Assembly: GCA_965198005.1 (NCBI GenBank) | Contig: CBDAOI010000004.1 | Span: 2,112,001-2,176,000, forward strand | Source of the DNA: Spirochaetia bacterium | GTDB lineage: Bacteria > Spirochaetota > Spirochaetia > SZUA-6 > Bin103 | Direction of reading: 5' to 3' | DNA length: 64,000 nt | Shown here: positions 59,651 through 64,000 of the stretch, one piece after another | How positions within the stretch are numbered: position 1 is the first letter of the stretch | Layout of the letters: the number at the start of each line of letters is the position of its first letter | Position numbers and translations under genes: made by a program | Notes under the pieces: model-generated | The model's database searches: none | Told to the model about the DNA's origin: nothing | What the model saw: the letters and a program-made list of their open reading frames with translations, nothing else

Positions 59651-60163
59651 ATGATCTCTGAGAACATCACCCACGCCCTGAACGACCAGATCACCAACGA
59701 GCTGAATTCCAGCTACATCTACCTGGCGATGTCCGCACACTTCTCGGCGCTCAATCTCAACGGCTTCGCCCACTGGTTTCGCATCCAGTACGAAGAGGAG
59801 CGCGGCCATGCGCTACGGATCTATGATCACGTCCTGGACCGGGGGGGAACGGTGAACCTCGCGGCCCTGGCGCAACCCTCCCTGGAGTGGGACTCTCCGC
59901 TGTCGGCGTTTACCGAGGCGCGCGACGAAGAGCGCCGCATCGCCGGCAGCATCGATGAATTGATCGAGCTGGCGGTGGCCGCGAAGGATCACGCGACGCG
60001 CATCCTGCTGGACTGGTTCGTGAGCGAGCAGGTCGAGGAGGAGCGGATCACCACCGAGATCGTCGACCAGTTGCAGATGGTCGGCGACTCCCGGATCGGA
60101 CTGTTCATGATCGACGAGCGCCTCAAGAGCCGGGTCCCGGACGAGGAGCCGCCGGGCGGCTGA
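59651..60163 (+). CDS. ftnA: Non-heme ferritin
   Basis: LNDQI..E, YLAMS, EERGHA, WFVSEQVEEE ferroxidase residues; TAAGGAG RBS. Confidence 0.93.
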   Translation: MISENITHALNDQITNELNSSYIYLAMSAHFSALNLNGFAHWFRIQYEEERGHALRIYDHVLDRGGTVNLAALAQPSLEWDSPLSAFTEARDEERRIAGSIDELIELAVAAKDHATRILLDWFVSEQVEEERITTEIVDQLQMVGDSRIGLFMIDERLKSRVPDEEPPGG

Positions 60164-61289
60164 CCGGCGCGCCGGTCAGCGCCACGGTGACCGGCTGGCC
60201 GGTGTGGAATCGCCTGCAGGCGGGTACGTGCACCGTGAGTTCGCGCACGGCCGGCAGGTCGTCGTCCGCCGCGCCGGCTGAATCGTCGACCCTGACCCGC
60301 AGTTCGCGGAACTCACCCATGAACCGTTGCGCCTGAATCACGCCGCGCAGCCCGGGCGGGAGATGGCCGTTCGCCGAGTCCCCGCCGCTGTCCGTCGCGG
60401 CCGCGACCAGCAGTTGTGCGGGCCGCACGGATACCGCCGGCCCGCCGTTCAGCCGGAACGGCACGGCATTGGCCAGCCGGCCCAGCGCGCACCGCCACGC
60501 CGCACCCACCCGCCGTACCGCGAGCAGATTCGCCGCCCCCAGGTATTCGGCCACGAACGCGTTGGCGGGCGCGGAGTACAGGCTCTCCGCATCGCCCACC
60601 TGCTCGATCCGACCGCGATGCAGCAGCGCGATCCGGTCGGCGACGGTGAACGCTTCGTCGCGATCGTGGGTCACGAACACCGCCGTGGTCCGGGTGGCGC
60701 GCAGCACTTCGCGCACCTCGTGCAACAGGTGCCCCTTGAGCACCGGATCGAGATTGTTGAACGGCTCATCGAACAGCAGCAGCGCCGGCTGCGGTGCCAA
60801 CGCACGCCCGATCGCGGCCCGTTGCGCCTGACCGCCTGATACCTCGTGCGGATAGCGGTCGCGCAGGTCGGTGATGCGCATCAACCCGAGCGTGTGCTCG
60901 GCCCGCTGTCGCCGCCGCGGCTCGGGCAGGCGCCGCAGGCCGAAGCTGACGTTCTGAAGAATCGTGAGGTGCGGCAGCAGCGCGGTCTCCTGAAACACCA
61001 CTCCCACCGCCCGGTCCTCCGGGGGAACGGACACGCGCCCGCCGGCGACCAGGGTTCCGCCCAGATGGATGGTGCCGGCGCCGGGCTGATCGAACCCCGC
61101 CACCAGCCGCAACAGGGTGGTCTTGCCGCTGCCGCTCTCGCCCAGCAGGGCCAATACCGCCCCGCGCTCCAGTGCCAGGGAGACGCCGGCCAGAGCCGGA
61201 CGCGGATTGCCGGCGTACCGCTTGCCGACACCGCTCAACTGCAAGTAGGCCGGTTCCTGTGTCCCGCGGCCGCGCCCGCCGGTGACCAT
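60123..61289 (-). CDS. Fe3+-type ABC transporter ATPase (FbpC-like)
   Basis: GESGSGKTT, VSGGQAQR, DEPF, VTHD, C-terminal TOBE-like domain. Confidence 0.9.
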   Translation of the reverse strand: MVTGGRGRGTQEPAYLQLSGVGKRYAGNPRPALAGVSLALERGAVLALLGESGSGKTTLLRLVAGFDQPGAGTIHLGGTLVAGGRVSVPPEDRAVGVVFQETALLPHLTILQNVSFGLRRLPEPRRRQRAEHTLGLMRITDLRDRYPHEVSGGQAQRAAIGRALAPQPALLLFDEPFNNLDPVLKGHLLHEVREVLRATRTTAVFVTHDRDEAFTVADRIALLHRGRIEQVGDAESLYSAPANAFVAEYLGAANLLAVRRVGAAWRCALGRLANAVPFRLNGGPAVSVRPAQLLVAAATDSGGDSANGHLPPGLRGVIQAQRFMGEFRELRVRVDDSAGAADDDLPAVRELTVHVPACRRFHTGQPVTVALTGAPVSRPAAPRPGPGS

Positions 61290-61302
61290 ACGCCGGCGCC
61301 GG

Positions 61303-63045
61303 TTACGCCGCGGCCGCCGGCTCGGCCGTTCCCAGCCGCACCAACGCGTGCTGCCGCCGCGTGGTGGCGAGCCGCTGCAGCACGATCACCGGCAGCACGC
61401 CGATCGCCACGATCAACAATGCCAGCACCGCGGACTCGGCCACCATCTCGTTGCTCGCCAGCCGGAATACCCGCGTCGCCAGGGTCTCCAGATTGAACGG
61501 GCGCAGGATCATGGTCAGCGGCAATTCCTTGAGCATGTCCACCACCAGCAGCACCGCGGCGCTGATCAGGGCCGGCCGCAGGTTGGGGATCCCCACCCGC
61601 AGCAGGGCTTGGCGCGGGCGCAGGCCGGACGCGCGCGCCACCTCGTCGAAACGGGTCGTCACGCGGCAGAAGCCGGAGTCGATGGTGTGGTAGCCCACGG
61701 CAAAGAAGCGCACCACGTAGGCCGCCAACAGCGCGGCCACGCCGCCGGTGATGATCAGTCCCGGCGACATTCCGAACAGCCAGCGGGCAGCCGCGATCAG
61801 GCGGTGATCGACCCACGTATAGGCGGTCGCGATGCCGACGGCGAGCACCGCGGCCGGAATCGCGTAGCCGACCGTGGCGAGCCGCGCCATCGACGAAACC
61901 CAGGGCCCGGACCGCAGGCGCGCCGCGTACGCCACCGTTACCGCCAGGACGATGATCATCAGCGCGGCGCCGGCGGCCAGACCGACGCTGGCGCCCAGCG
62001 CAGCGAGCGTCTGCGGGCGCAACAACTGCCCGGGGGCCGCCGCCGCCCACCAGAAGAGCTGCGCGACCGGCACCGCGAATCCCAGCAGCACCGGGGCGGC
62101 GCACGCCAGCGTGGCGCCGGCGGCCGCCCGCCCGCGCAGCCGTTGGCGCAGCAACGGCCGTTCCACCAGGCCGGGGGCGTGGTACCGGGCCCGGCGCCGC
62201 TGCCAGCACTCGCCGAAAACGATCAGTCCCACCACCAGCAGCAGCACCGCGGACAGGGCCAGCGCGGCCTGCACGTTGCCCAGCGCAAACCAGGCGCGAA
62301 AGATGCCGATGGTGAGGGTGTCCACCCCGAAGTAGTGCGCGGCACCGAACTCGCCCAGCGTCTCCATCGCGACCAGCATCACGCCGGCGACGATGGCCGG
62401 CCGCGCCAGCGGCAGCACCGCCCCGAAGAAGGTGCCGGTGGCCGAGTAGCCCGCGCCGCGCGCCAGCTCCAGCAACGCCGCGCTCTGGCGCGCGAACACC
62501 GCGCGCGCGGTGAGGTACACGTACGGGTAGACGGTGAACGCGAGCACGCAGCTCAACCCGACCGGATTCTGGATATCCACGGTCGGGTAGGTTCCCGGAG
62601 CCAGCTTCAGGGTGTTGCGCAGGAACAACTGAACCGGTCCGGTGAAGTCGACCAGCCCCACGTACGCGAACGCCGCGATGTAGGTGGGCAGCGCCAGCGG
62701 CAGCACCAGCAGCCAGCTCAGCGCCGCACGCCCCGGGAACTGGAACGCGGTCGTCAGCCACGCCGTCGCCACGCCGATCAGCCCGGCCAGCGCGGCTACC
62801 ACCACCACCAGCGTCACCGTGTTGAACAGGTAGCGCAGCAGCACCGTCTGCGCCAAGTGGCGGACTTCCTCGCCGCCCAGGGCAGTCACGTGCGCCGCCA
62901 CCACCAGCAGGGGAACGCCGATCAGCCCGGCCAGGAGCGCCGGGCCGAACAACCACACGCGTGAACTGGCCCGCTGCGGGACCAGGCGCCGGGCCACGGA
63001 GCGCACTGCCGCGACGCCCGACACGGCCGAAAACGTTCTAATCAT
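61303..63045 (-). CDS. Fe3+ ABC transporter permease (FbpB-like)
   Basis: LPLALPTYI, YPYVYL, LPLARPA, KELPLTMILRPFN. Confidence 0.92.
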   Translation of the reverse strand: MIRTFSAVSGVAAVRSVARRLVPQRASSRVWLFGPALLAGLIGVPLLVVAAHVTALGGEEVRHLAQTVLLRYLFNTVTLVVVVAALAGLIGVATAWLTTAFQFPGRAALSWLLVLPLALPTYIAAFAYVGLVDFTGPVQLFLRNTLKLAPGTYPTVDIQNPVGLSCVLAFTVYPYVYLTARAVFARQSAALLELARGAGYSATGTFFGAVLPLARPAIVAGVMLVAMETLGEFGAAHYFGVDTLTIGIFRAWFALGNVQAALALSAVLLLVVGLIVFGECWQRRRARYHAPGLVERPLLRQRLRGRAAAGATLACAAPVLLGFAVPVAQLFWWAAAAPGQLLRPQTLAALGASVGLAAGAALMIIVLAVTVAYAARLRSGPWVSSMARLATVGYAIPAAVLAVGIATAYTWVDHRLIAAARWLFGMSPGLIITGGVAALLAAYVVRFFAVGYHTIDSGFCRVTTRFDEVARASGLRPRQALLRVGIPNLRPALISAAVLLVVDMLKELPLTMILRPFNLETLATRVFRLASNEMVAESAVLALLIVAIGVLPVIVLQRLATTRRQHALVRLGTAEPAAAA

Positions 63046-63159
63046 CCGAATTCATCCAAATTCATCCGAATCCTGGTGAATAGTCATGAAGATGGATTAA
63101 CTATGTCAAGTCCAATGAATAAGTCGAACGGATATTTATCGAATTTATCGAATTTATCG
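63042..63159 (-). promoter_or_regulatory. AT-rich upstream region of fbpB: promoter plus two triple tandem repeats
   Basis: Minus-strand TTGACA (63109-63104)-N18-GACTAT; TCATCC(G/A)AAT x3 at 63042-63071; ATTTATCGA about x3 at 63134-63159. Confidence 0.6.
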
Positions 63160-63181
63160 GCTGTTGGTGGCTCTCCCGGCC

Positions 63182-64000
63182 TCAGTAGCTGGTCAATGGG
63201 CTGGTAACGTCCTTGAACGACACGCGGAACGAGGTGACCACGTCGATCACCGTCGTGACCGTTGCCGGTAGCGCCGTGGCCAGAGCTTCCGCCAACTGGT
63301 CCGGTGTTTCGACCCGGATCCCGTTGCACCCCATCGACCGGGCGATCGCGGCGAAGTCCATCGGGGCGAAGTCGCTCGCGATGACCCGTTCGCTCTGGCC
63401 GTGCTTGACCCAGCCGAGCGCGCTGTTGTTCAGCACCACCACGGTAATCGGGATATCCTCGTCGCGCGAGGTCAGCAGGCCGTTCATACCCATCCCGAAG
63501 CCGCCGTCTCCGGTAACTGCGACCACCTGCCGCCCAGGATGGACCAACTTGGCAGCCATTGCCGCGGGCAGCGAGTAGCCCATCGCGCCGATGCCCGGCA
63601 TGATCAGCGACCCCGCGCTCTTGGTGCGGAAGAAGTGGGTCATGAACAACCGGTTCTCGCCCGCGTCGCAGGTAATGAAGGCATCGTCGGCGATCGCCCG
63701 GTGGATTTCGGCGAACACCCGCTGCGGCAGGATCGGAAGCTCGTCCGATTCGTATTCCGGATCGGCAAACAACCCGTCGGCGCGGCGGGTTTCGTCCGCC
63801 GCCGCCTGGCGGGTGGCGCGCACTGCGGCGGACGGCGCGCCCGCCCGCGTCACCGCCTCGGCAAGCTGCGCCAGCACCAGCGCGGCGTCCCCGACCACGC
63901 CCTGATCGCAGGGGAACGACCAGCCCACGTTCTTGGGCTCGACGTCGACCTGAACCAGCGTCTGCCGGCTGGGATCGAGCAGCGCAGGGTTCTCATTGGC
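63182..64000 (-). CDS. TPP-dependent enzyme, acetolactate synthase-like; 5' part outside window
   Basis: GAMGYSLPAA and GDGGF...NNSALG TPP-binding motif; frame open to window edge. Confidence 0.9.
   Translation of the reverse strand, partial: ANENPALLDPSRQTLVQVDVEPKNVGWSFPCDQGVVGDAALVLAQLAEAVTRAGAPSAAVRATRQAAADETRRADGLFADPEYESDELPILPQRVFAEIHRAIADDAFITCDAGENRLFMTHFFRTKSAGSLIMPGIGAMGYSLPAAMAAKLVHPGRQVVAVTGDGGFGMGMNGLLTSRDEDIPITVVVLNNSALGWVKHGQSERVIASDFAPMDFAAIARSMGCNGIRVETPDQLAEALATALPATVTTVIDVVTSFRVSFKDVTSPLTSY

Overview
High-GC bacterial chromosomal segment with a spirochaete-type gene complement and order (899-aa long-form GreA plus TPR partner, scpA-scpB-rluB-cmk-rpsA, rpsF-ssb-rpsR-DUF2232-rplI-dnaB, maf-rpsB-tsf-frr-cdsA-rseP, tsaD beside a divergent polysaccharide deacetylase). 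The taxonomic call is an inference from synteny. The window is mostly core housekeeping genes plus tRNA-Thr(CGT). It also holds an accessory block (TetR, TerB-VOC fusion, 85-aa orphan, LolD-like ATPase, three LolE/FtsX-like permeases, LolA-like protein, putative outer-membrane protein) and an iron block (ferritin convergent with FbpBC). I found no transposase, integrase, phage genes or CRISPR array. The main observations are: (1) a ~190-nt structured, apparently non-coding RNA upstream of PBP1A, with its own sigma70-like promoter, an intrinsic terminator and mutually exclusive hairpins; (2) a dispersed palindromic mini-element upstream of recA, also duplicated where uppS normally lies; (3) a ParB-CTPase-only protein with an amphipathic tail; (4) a eukaryote/archaea-like GNA1 acetyltransferase; (5) many micro-tandem duplications at gene junctions. 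All product calls are from motif recognition, not database searches, and RNA structures were paired by hand.
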